From: the human T2T-CHM13v2.0 reference genome, Homo sapiens
Reading direction: 5' to 3' (one strand)
Assembly (NCBI RefSeq): GCF_009914755.1
Contig: NC_060944.1
Length of the DNA: 64,000 bases
The position numbers were made by a program, and so were the translations under genes. This document shows, piece by piece, positions 1-10,876 of the stretch (the first letter of the stretch is position 1; every line of letters begins with the position of its first letter). The notes beneath the pieces are model-generated. The model did not search any database, had not been told where the DNA came from, and saw only the letters and a list, made by a program, of their open reading frames with translations.

Positions 1-41
1 TTTGTAAAATCTGCAAGAGGATATTTGGATAGCTTTGAGGA

Positions 42-58
42 TTTCGTTGGAAACGGGA
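42..58 (+). promoter_or_regulatory. CENP-B box 1 (TTTCGTTGGAAACGGGA), intact; repeated in each HOR
   Basis: Matches the core NTTCGNNNNANNCGGGN. Confidence 0.95.
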
Positions 59-383
59 ATGTCTTCATGTAAACTCTAGACAGAAGCATTCTCAGAAACT
101 GCTTTGGGATGTTTCAATTGAAGTCCCAGTGTTGAACATTCCCTTTCATAGAGCAGGTTTGAAACACTCTTTTTGTACTATCTGGAAGTGGACATTTGGA
201 GCGCTTTCAGGTCTACGGTGAAAAAGGAGATATCTTCCAATAAAAACTAGATAGAAGCAATGTCAGAACTTTTTTCATGATGTATCTACTCAGCAAACAG
301 AGTTGAACCTTTCTTTTGAGAGAGCAGTTTTGAAACACTCTTTTTGTGGAATATGCAAGTGGGTATTAGGCCAGCTTGGAGGA

Positions 384-400
384 TTTCGTTGGAAACGGGA
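384..400 (+). promoter_or_regulatory. CENP-B box 2, intact
   Basis: TTTCGTTGGAAACGGGA. Confidence 0.95.
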
Positions 401-721
401 ATACGTATAAAAAGCAGACAGCAGCATTGTCAGAAACTACTTTGTGATGTTTGCATTCAAGTCACAGAATTGAACACTCCCTTTCACAGAGCAGGTTTGA
501 AACACTCTTTTTGTAGTGTCTGTAAGTGAACATTTGGATTGCTTTCAGGCCTAAGGTGAAAAAGGAAATATCTTCCCATAAAAACTAGACAGAAGCATTC
601 TCAGAAACTTGTTTGTGATGTGTGCCCTCTACTGACAGAGTTGAAGCTTTCTTTGCAAAGAGCAGTTTTGAAACACTCTTTTTGTAGAATCTGCAAGAGG
701 ATATTTGGATAGCTTTGAGGA

Positions 722-738
722 TTTCTTGGGAAACGGGA
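722..738 (+). promoter_or_regulatory. CENP-B box 3, degenerate (TTTCTTGGGAAACGGGA); predicted non-binding
   Basis: The core TTCG is changed to TTCT; the same allele is present in every HOR copy read. Confidence 0.85.
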
Positions 739-1063
739 ATGTCTTCAGATAAACTCTAGACAGAAGCATTCTCAGAAACTTCTTTGGGATGTTTCAATTG
801 AAGTCACAGTGTTGAACATTCCCTTTCACAGAGCAGGTTTGAAACACTCTTTTTGTAGTGTCTATAAGTGAACATTTCGCGTGCTTTCAGGCCTAACGTG
901 AAAAAGGAAATATCTTCCCATAAAAACTAGACAGAAGCATTCTCAGAAACTTGTTCTTGATGTGTCCCCTCTACTGACAGAGTTGAACCTTTCTTTGCAA
1001 AGAGCAGCTTTGAAACACTCTTTTTGTAGAATCTGCAAGAGGATATTTGGATAGCTTGGAGGA

Positions 1064-1080
1064 TTTCGTTGGAAACGGGT
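1064..1080 (+). promoter_or_regulatory. CENP-B box 4 (TTTCGTTGGAAACGGGT), core intact
   Basis: Only the non-core position 17 differs. Confidence 0.9.
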
Positions 1081-1404
1081 ATGTCTTCAGATAAACTCTA
1101 GACAGAAGCATTCTCAGAAACTTCTTTGGGATGTTGCATTCAAGTCACAGAGTAGAACATTCCCATTCATAGAGCAGATTTGAAACACTCTTTTTGTAGT
1201 ATCTGGAAGTGGACATTTGGAGCGCTTTCAGGCCTATGTTGAAAAAGGAAATATCTTCCCATAAAAACTAGACGGAAGCATTCTCAGAAACTTATTTGTG
1301 ATGTGTTTGCTCAACTAACAGGATTGAACCATCGTTTTGAAGGAGCAGTTTTGAAACACTGTTTTCGTGGAATCTGCAAGTGGATATTTGGCTAGCTTTG
1401 AGGA

Positions 1405-1421
1405 TTTCGTTGGAAACGGGA
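1405..1421 (+). promoter_or_regulatory. CENP-B box 5, intact
   Basis: TTTCGTTGGAAACGGGA. Confidence 0.95.
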
Positions 1422-1742
1422 TTACATATAAAAAGGAGACAGCAGCATTCTCAGAAACTTCTTTGTGATGTCTGCATTCAATTCACAGAGTTGAGCATTC
1501 CCTTTCATAGAGCAGGTTGGAAACACTCTTTTTGTAGTATCTGGATGAGGACATTTGGAGCGCTTTCAGGCGTATGGTGAAAAAGGAAATATCTTCCCGT
1601 AAAAACTAGACAGAAGCATTCTCAGAAGTTTATTTGTGATGTGTGCCCTCAACTAACAGAGTTGAACCTTTCTTTTGATAGAGCAGTTTTGAAACACTCT
1701 TTTTGTAAAATCTGCAAGAGGATATTTGGATAGCTTTGAGGA

Positions 1743-1759
1743 TTTCGTTGCAAACGGGA
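1743..1759 (+). promoter_or_regulatory. CENP-B box 6 (TTTCGTTGCAAACGGGA), core intact
   Basis: G>C at a non-core position. Confidence 0.9.
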
Positions 1760-2084
1760 ATGGCTTCATATAAACTCTAGACAGAAGCATTCTCAGAAAC
1801 TTCGTTGGGATGTTTCGATTGAAGTCCCAGTGTTGAACATTCCCTTTTATAGAGCAGGTTGGAAACACTCTTTCTGCATTCCCTGGAAGTGGACATTTGG
1901 AGCGCTTTCAGGACGACGGTGAAAATGGAAATATCTTCCAAGAAAATCTAGATAGAAGCAACGTCAGAAACTTTTATGTGATGGATCTACTCAGCTAACA
2001 GAGTTGAACCTTTCTTTTGAGAGAGCAGTTTTGCAACACTCTTTTTGTGGAATATGCAAGTGGATATTAGGGCAGCTTTGAGGA

Positions 2085-2101
2085 TTTCGTTGGAAACGGG
2101 A
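2085..2101 (+). promoter_or_regulatory. CENP-B box 7, intact
   Basis: TTTCGTTGGAAACGGGA. Confidence 0.95.
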
Positions 2102-2422
2102 ATACATGTAAAAAGCAGACAGCAGCATTCTCAGAAACTTCTTTGTGATGTTTGCATTGAAGTCACAGAGTTGAACATTCCCTTTGAGAGAGCAGGTTTG
2201 AAACACGCCTTTTGTCATATCTGGAAGTGTCCATTCGGAGCGCATTCAGGCTTGTGTTGAAAAAGGAAATATCCTCCCAGAAAAACTAGACAGAAGCATT
2301 CTCAGAAACTTATCTGTGATGTATGTACTCAACTAACAGAACTAAACCATCGTTTTGAAGGAGCAGTTTTGAAACACTCATTTTGCGGAATCTGCAAGTG
2401 GATATTTGGCTAGCTGGGAGGA

Positions 2423-2439
2423 TTTCGTTGGAAACGGGA
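2423..2439 (+). promoter_or_regulatory. CENP-B box 8, intact
   Basis: TTTCGTTGGAAACGGGA. Confidence 0.95.
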
Positions 2440-2589
2440 TTACATACAAAAAGCAGACAGCAGCATTCTCAGAAACTTCTTTGTGATGTTTGCATTCAAG
2501 TCACAGAGTTGAACATTCCCTTTCATAGAGCAGGTTTGAAACACTCTTTTTGTAGTATCTGGATGTGGACATTTGGATCGCTTTCAGGC

Positions 2590-2606
2590 CTATGGTGAAA
2601 AAGGAA
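2590..2606 (+). promoter_or_regulatory. A-box / pJalpha-type motif (CTATGGTGAAAAAGGAA), example from an A-type monomer
   Basis: Occupies the position equivalent to the CENP-B box in the alternate monomers. Variant versions occur in the other A monomers (CTACGGTG, CTAAGGTG, CTAACGTG, CTATGTTG, CGACGGTGAAAATGG). Confidence 0.8.
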
Positions 2607-5600
2607 ATATCTTCCCATGAAAACTAGACAGAAGCATTCTCAGAAACTTATTTGTGATGTGTGCCCTCAACTGACAGTGTTGAACCTTTGTTTTGATAGA
2701 GCAGTTCTGAAACACACTTTTTGTAAAATCTGCAAGAGGATATTTGGATAGCTTTGAGGATTTCGTTGGAAACGGGAATGTCTTCATGTAAACTCTAGAC
2801 AGAAGCATTCTCAGAAACTGCTTTGGGATGTTTCAATTGAAGTCCCAGTGTTGAACATTCCCTTTCATAGAGCAGGTTTGAAACACTCTTTTTGTACTAT
2901 CTGGAAGTGGACATTTGGAGCGCTTTCAGGTCTACGGTGAAAAAGGAGATATCTTCCAATAAAAACTAGATAGAAGCAATGTCAGAACTTTTTTCATGAT
3001 GTATCTACTCAGCAAACAGAGTTGAACCTTTCTTTTGAGAGAGCAGTTTTGAAACACTCTTTTTGTGGAATATGCAAGTGGGTATTAGGCCAGCTTGGAG
3101 GATTTCGTTGGAAACGGGAATACGTATAAAAAGCAGACAGCAGCATTGTCAGAAACTACTTTGTGATGTTTGCATTCAAGTCACAGAATTGAACACTCCC
3201 TTTCACAGAGCAGGTTTGAAACACTCTTTTTGTAGTGTCTGTAAGTGAACATTTGGATTGCTTTCAGGCCTAAGGTGAAAAAGGAAATATCTTCCCATAA
3301 AAACTAGACAGAAGCATTCTCAGAAACTTGTTTGTGATGTGTGCCCTCTACTGACAGAGTTGAACCTTTCTTTGCAAAGAGCAGTTTTGAAACACCCTTT
3401 TTGTAGAATCTGCAAGAGGATATTTGGATAGCTTTGAGGATTTCTTGGGAAACGGGAATGTCTTCAGATAAACTCTAGACAGAAGCATTCTCAGAAACTT
3501 CTTTGGGATGTTTCAATTGAAGTCACAGTGTTGAACATTCCCTTTCACAGAGCAGGTTTGAAACACTCTTTTTGTAGTGTCTATAAGTGAACATTTGGCG
3601 TGCTTTCAGGCGTAACGTGAAAAAGGAAATATCTTCCCATAAAAACTAGACAGAAGCATTCTCAGAAACTTGTTCTTGATGTGTCCCCTCTACTGACAGA
3701 GTTGAACCTTTCTTTGCAAAGAGCAGCTTTGAAACACTCTTTTTGTAGAATCTGCAAGAGGATATTTGGATAGCTTGGAGGATTTCGTTGGAAACGGGTA
3801 TGTCTTCAGATAAACTCTAGACAGAAGCATTCTCAGAAACTTCTTTGGGATGTTGCATTCAAGTCACAGAGTAGAACATTCCCATTCATAGAGCAGATTT
3901 GAAACACTCTTTTTGTAGTATCTGGAAGTGGACATTTGGAGCGCTTTCAGGCCTATGTTGAAAAAGGAAATATCTTCCCATAAAAACTAGACGGAAGCAT
4001 TCTCAGAAACTTATTTGTGATGTGTTTGCTCAACTAACAGGATTGAACCATCGTTTTGAAGGAGCAGTTTTGAAACACTGTTTTCGTGGAATCTGCAAGT
4101 GGATATTTGGCTAGCTTTGAGGATTTCGTTGGAAACGGGATTACATATAAAAAGGAGACAGCAGCATTCTCAGAAACTTCTTTGTGATGTCTGCATTCAA
4201 TTCACAGAGTTGAGCATTCCCTTTCATAGAGCAGGTTGGAAACACTCTTTTTGTAGTATCTGGATGAGGACATTTGGAGCGCTTTCAGGCGTATGGTGAA
4301 AAAGGAAATATCTTCCCGTAAAAACTAGACAGAAGCATTCTCAGAAGTTTATTTGTGATGTGTGCCCTCAACTAACAGAGTTGAACCTTTCTTTTGATAG
4401 AGCAGTTTTGAAACACTCTTTTTGTAAAATCTGCAAGAGGATATTTGGATAGCTTTGAGGATTTCGTTGCAAACGGGAATGGCTTCATATAAACTCTAGA
4501 CAGAAGCATTCTCAGAAACTTCGTTGGGATGTTTCGATTGAAGTCCCAGTGTTGAACACGCCTTTTTATAGAGCAGGTTGGAAACACTCTTTCTGCATTC
4601 CCTGGAAGTGGACATTTGGAGCGCTTTCAGGACGACGGTGAAAATGGAAATATCTTCCAATAAAATCTAGATAGAAGCAATGTCAGAAACTTTTATGTGA
4701 TGGATCTACTCAGCTAACAGAGTTGAACCTTTCTTTTGAGAGAGCAGTTTTGCAACACTCTTTTTGTGGAATATGCAAGTGGATATTAGGGCAGCTTTGA
4801 GGATTTCGTTGGAAACGGGAATACATGTAAAAAGCAGACAGCAGCATTCTCAGAAACTTCTTTGTGATGTTTGCATTGAAGTCACAGAGTTGAACATTCC
4901 CTTTGAGAGAGCAGGTTTGAAACACGCCTTTTGTCATATCTGGAAGTGTCCATTCGGAGCGCATTCAGGCTTGTGTTGAAAAAGGAAATATCCTCCCATA
5001 AAAACTAGACAGAAGCATTCTCAGAAACTTATCTGTGATGTATGTACTCAACTAACAGAACTAAACCATCGTTTTGAAGGAGCAGTTTTGAAACACTCTT
5101 TTGGCGGAATCTGCAAGTGGATATTTGGCTAGCTGGGAGGATTTCGTTGGAAACGGGATTACATACAAAAAGCAGACAGCAGCATTCTCAGAAACTTCTT
5201 TGTGATGTTTGCATTCAAGTCACAGAGTTGAACATTCCCTTTCATAGAGCAGGTTTGAAACACTCTTTTTGTAGTATCTGGATGTGGACATTTGGATCGC
5301 TTTCAGGCCTATGGTGAAAAAGGAAATATCTTCCCATGAAAACTAGACAGAAGCATTCTCAGAAACTTATTTGTGATGTGTGCCCTCAACTGACAGTGTT
5401 GAACCTTTGTTTTGATAGAGCAGTTCTGAAACACACTTTTTGTAAAATCTGCAAGAGGATATTTGGATAGCTTTGAGGATTTCGTTGGAAACGGGAATGT
5501 CTTCATGTAAACTCTAGACAGAAGCATTCTCAGAAACTGCTTTGGGATGTTTCAATTGAAGTCCCAGTGTTGAACATTCCCTTTCATAGAGCAGGTTTGA

Positions 5601-8600
5601 AACACTCTTTTTGTACTATCTGGAAGTGGACATTTGGAGCGCTTTCAGGTCTACGGTGAAAAAGGAGATATCTTCCAATAAAAACTAGATAGAAGCAATG
5701 TCAGAACTTTTTTCATGATGTATCTACTCAGCAAACAGAGTTGAACCTTTCTTTTGAGAGAGCAGTTTTGAAACACTCTTTTTGTGGAATATGCAAGTGG
5801 GTATTAGGCCAGCTTGGAGGATTTCGTTGGAAACGGGAATACGTATAAAAAGCAGACAGCAGCATTGTCAGAAACTACTTTGTGATGTTTGCATTCAAGT
5901 CACAGAATTGAACACTCCCTTTCACAGAGCAGGTTTGAAACACTCTTTTTGTAGTGTCTGTAAGTGAACATTTGGATTGCTTTCAGGCCTAAGGTGAAAA
6001 AGGAAATATCTTCCCATAAAAACTAGACAGAAACATTCTCAGAAACTTGTTTGTGATGTGTGCCCTCTACTGACAGAGTTGAAGCTTTCTTTGCAAAGAG
6101 CAGTTTTGAAACACTCTTTTTGTAGAATCTGCAAGAGGATATTTGGATAGCTTTGAGGATTTCTTGGGAAACGGGAATGTCTTCAGATAAACTCTAGACA
6201 GAAGCATTCTCAGAAACTTCTTTGGGATGTTTCAATTGAAGTCACAGTGTTGAACATTCCCTTTCACAGAGCAGGTTTGAAACACTCTTTTTGTAGTGTC
6301 TATAAGTGAACATTTGGCGTGCTTTCAGGCCTAACGTGAAAAAGGAAATATCTTCCCATAAAAACTAGACAGAAGCATTCTCAGAAACTTGTTCTTGATG
6401 TGTCCCCTCTACTGACAGAGTTGAACCTTTCTTTGCAAAGAGCAGCTTTGAAACACTCTTTTTGTAGAATCTGCAAGAGGATATTTGGATAGCTTGGAGG
6501 ATTTCGTTGGAAACGGGTATGTCTTCAGATAAACTCTAGACAGAAGCATTCTCAGAAACTTCTTTGGGATGTTGCATTCAAGTCACAGAGTAGAACATTC
6601 CCATTCATAGAGCAGATTTGAAACACTCTTTTTGTAGTATCTGGAAGTGGACATTTGGAGCGCTTTCAGGCCTATGTTGAAAAAGGAAATATCTTCCCAT
6701 AAAAACTAGACGGAAGCATTCTCAGAAACTTATTTGTGATGTGTTTGCTCAACTAACAGGATTGAACCATCGTTTTGAAGGAGCAGTTTTGAAACACTGT
6801 TTTCGTGGAATCTGCAAGTGGATATTTGGCTAGCTTTGAGGATTTCGTTGGAAACGGGATTACATATAAAAAGGAGACAGCAGCATTCTCAGAAACTTCT
6901 TTGTGATGTCTGCATTCAATTCACAGAGTTGAGCATTCCCTTTCATAGAGCAGGTTGGAAACACTCTTTTTGTAGTATCTGGATGAGGACATTTGGAGCG
7001 CTTTCAGGCGTATGGTGAAAAAGGAAATATCTTCCCGTAAAAACTAGACAGAAGCATTCTCAGAAGTTTATTTGTGATGTGTGCCCTCAACTAACAGAGT
7101 TGAACCTTTCTTTTGATAGAGCAGTTTTGAAACACTCTTTTTGTAAAATCTGCAAGAGGATATTTGGATAGCTTTGAGGATTTCGTTGCAAACGGGAATG
7201 GCTTCATATAAACTCTAGACAGAAGCATTCTCAGAAACTTCGTTGGGATGTTTCGATTGAAGTCCCAGTGTTGAACATTCCCTTTTATAGAGCAGGTTGG
7301 AAACACTCTTTCTGCATTCCCTGGAAGTGGACATTTGGAGCGCTTTCAGGACGACGGTGAAAATGGAAATATCTTCCAAGAAAATCTAGATAGAAGCAAT
7401 GTCAGAAACTTTTATGTGATGGATCTACTCAGCTAACAGAGTTGAACCTTTCTTTTGAGAGAGCAGTTTTGCAACACTCTTTTTGTGGAATATGCAAGTG
7501 GATATTAGGGCAGCTTTGAGGATTTCGTTGGAAACGGGAATACATGTAAAAAGCAGACAGCAGCATTCTCAGAAACTTCTTTGTGATGTTTGCATTGAAG
7601 TCACAGAGTTGAACATTCCCTTTGAGAGAGCAGGTTTGAAACACGCCTTTTGTCATATCTAGAAGTGTCCATTCGGAGCGCATTCAGGCTTGTGTTGAAA
7701 AAGGAAATATCCTCCCAGAAAAACTAGACAGAAGCATTCTCAGAAACTTATCTGTGATGTATGTACTCAACTAACAGAACTAAACCATCGTTTTGAAGGA
7801 GCAGTTTTGAAACACTCTTTTTGCGGAATCTGCAAGTGGATATTTGGCTAGCTGGGAGGATTTCGTTGGAAACGGGATTACATACAAAAAGCAGAGAGCA
7901 GCATTCTCAGAAACTTCTTTGTGATGTTTGCATTCAAGTCACAGAGTTGAACATTCCCTTTCATAGAGCAGGTTTGAAACACTCTTTTTGTAGTATCTGG
8001 ATGTGGACATTTGGATCGCTTTCAGGCCTATGGTGAAAAAGGAAATATCTTCCCATGAAAACTAGACAGAAGCATTCTCAGAAACTTATTTGTGATGTGT
8101 GCCCTCAACTGACAGTGTTGAACCTTTGTTTTGATAGAGCAGTTCTGAAACACACTTTTTGTAAAATCTGCAAGAGGATATTTGGATAGCTTTGAGGATT
8201 TCGTTCGAAACGGGAATGTCTTCATGTAAACTCTAGACAGAAGCATTCTCAGAAACTGCTTTGGGATGTTTCAATTGAAGTCCCAGTGTTGAACATTCCC
8301 TTTCATAGAGCAGGTTTGAAACACTCTTTTTGTACTATCTGGAAGTGGACATTTGGAGCGCTTTCAGGTCTACGGTGAAAAAGGAGATATCTTCCAATAA
8401 AAACTAGATAGAAGCAATGTCAGAACTTTTTTCATGATGTATCTACTCAGCAAACAGAGTTGAACCTTTCTTTTGAGAGAGCAGTTTTGAAACACTCTTT
8501 TTGTGGAATATGCAAGTGGGTATTAGCCCAGCTTGGAGGATTTCGTTGGAAACGGGAATACGTATAAAAAGCAGACAGCAGCATTGTCAGAAACTACTTT

Positions 8601-10876
8601 GTGATGTTTGCATTCAAGTCACAGAATTGAACACTCCCTTTCACAGAGCAGGTTTGAAACACTATTTTTGTAGTGTCTGTAAGTGAACATTTGGATTGCT
8701 TTCAGGCCTAAGGTGAAAAAGGAAATATCTTCCCATAAAAACTAGACAGAAGCATTCTCAGAAACTTGTTTGTGATGTGTGCCCTCTACTGACAGAGTTG
8801 AACCTTTCTTTGCAAAGAGCAGTTTTGAAACACCCTTTTTGTAGAATCTGCAAGAGGATATTTGGATAGCTTTGAGGATTTCTTGGGAAACGGGAATGTC
8901 TTCAGATAAACTCTAGACAGAAGCATTCTCAGAAACTTCTTTGGGATGTTTCAATTGAAGTCACAGTGTTGAACATTCCCTTTCACAGAGCAGGTTTGAA
9001 ACACTCTTTTTGTAGTGTCTATAAGTGAACATTTGGCGTGCTTTCAGGCGTAACGTGAAAAAGGAAATATCTTCCCATAAAAACTAGACAGAAGCATTCT
9101 CAGAAACTTGTTCTTGATGTGTCCCCTCTACTGACAGAGTTGAACCTTTCTTTGCAAAGAGCAGCTTTGAAACACACTTTTTGTAGAATCTGCAAGAGGA
9201 TATTTGGATAGCTTGGAGGATTTCGTTGGAAACGGGTATGTCTTCAGATAAACTCTAGACAGAAGCATTCTCAGAAACTTCTTTGGGATGTTGCATTCAA
9301 GTCACAGAGTAGAACATTCCCATTCATAGAGCAGATTTGAAACACTCTTTTTGTAGTATCTGGAAGTGGACATTTGGAGCGCTTTCAGGCCTATGTTGAA
9401 AAAGGAAATATCTTCCCATAAAAACTAGACGGAAGCATTCTCAGAAACTTATTTGTGATGTGTTTGCTCAACTAACAGGATTGAACCATCGTTTTGAAGG
9501 AGCAGTTTTGAAACACTGTTTTCGTGGAATCTGCAAGTGGATATTTGGCTAGCTTTGAGGATTTCGTTGGAAACGGGATTACATATAAAAAGGAGACAGC
9601 AGCATTCTCAGAAACTTCTTTGTGATGTCTGCATTCAATTCACAGAGTTGAGCATTCCCTTTCATAGAGCAGGTTGGAAACACTCTTTTTGTAGTATCTG
9701 GATGAGGACATTTGGAGCGCTTTCAGGCGTATGGTGAAAAAGGAAATATCTTCCCGTAAAAACTAGACAGAAGCATTCTCAGAAGTTTATTTGTGATGTG
9801 TGCCCTCAACTAACAGAGTTGAACCTTTCTTTTGATACAGCAGTTTTGAAACACTCTTTTTGTAAAATCTGCAAGAGGATATTTGGATAGCTTTGAGGAT
9901 TTCGTTGCAAACGGGAATGGCTTCATATAAACTCTAGACAGAAGCATTCTCAGAAACTTCGTTGGGATGTTTCGATTGAAGTCCCAGTGTTGAACACGCC
10001 TTTTTATAGAGCAGGTTGGAAACACTCTTTCTGCATTCCCTGGAAGTGGACATTTGGAGCGCTTTCAGGACGACGGTGAAAATGGAAATATCTTCCAATA
10101 AAATCTAGATAGAAGCAATGTCAGAAACTTTTATGTGATGGATCTACTCAGCTAACAGAGTTGAACCTTTCTTTTGAGAGAGCAGTTTTGCAACACTCTT
10201 TTTGTGGAATATGCAAGTGGATATTAGGGCAGCTTTGAGGATTTCGTTGGAAACGGGAATACATGTAAAAAGCAGACAGCAGCATTCTCAGAAACTTCTT
10301 TGTGATGTTTGCATTGAAGTCACAGAGTTGAACATTCCCTTTGAGAGAGCAGGTTTGAAACACGCCTTTTGTCATATCTGGAAGTGTCCATTCGGAGCGC
10401 ATTCAGGCTTGTGTTGAAAAAGGAAATATCCTCCCATAAAAACTAGACAGAAGCATTCTCAGAAACTTATCTGTGATGTATGTACTCAACTAACAGAACT
10501 AAACCATCGTTTTGAAGGAGCAGTTTTGAAACACTCTTTTGGCGGAATCTGCAAGTGGATATTTGGCTAGCTGGGAGGATTTCGTTGGAAACGGGATTAC
10601 ATACAAAAAGCAGACAGCAGCATTCTCAGAAACTTCTTTGTGATGTTTGCATTCAAGTCACAGAGTTGAACATTCCCTTTCATAGAGCAGGTTTGAAACA
10701 CTCTTTTTGTAGTATCTGGATGTGGACATTTGGATCGCTTTCAGGCCTATGGTGAAAAAGGAAATATCTTCCCATGAAAACTAGACAGAAGCATTCTCAG
10801 AAACTTATTTGTGATGTGTGCCCTCAACTGACAGTGTTGAACCTTTGTTTTGATAGAGCAGTTCTGAAACACACTT

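Larger units (their letters stand above)
1..2719 (+). repeat. Canonical 16-monomer HOR unit (2,719 bp), first copy, arbitrary phase
   Basis: The anchor ORF MWNMQVGI... recurs at 344, 3063, 5782, 8501, 11220 (step 2,719). CENP-B box spacings 342+338+342+341+338+342+338+338 sum to 2,719, i.e. 8 dimers. Period starts in this phase: 1, 2720, 5439, 8158, 10877, 13254, 15973, 18694, 21413, 24132, 26851, 29570, 32289, 35008, 39083, 41802, 44521, 47240, 49959, 52678, 56753, 60828, 63547. Confidence 0.97.

Noticed and set aside
1800-1816. CTTCGTTGGGATGTTTC resembling an extra CENP-B box
   Set aside because: It matches only the 5' half, lacks the CGGG core and lies at the monomer start rather than the box position.
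1-2719. Assignment to D17Z1 (also a ~2.7-kb 16-mer)
   Set aside because: D17Z1 is a pentameric SF3 array, whereas this unit is strictly dimeric with SF2-like monomers.
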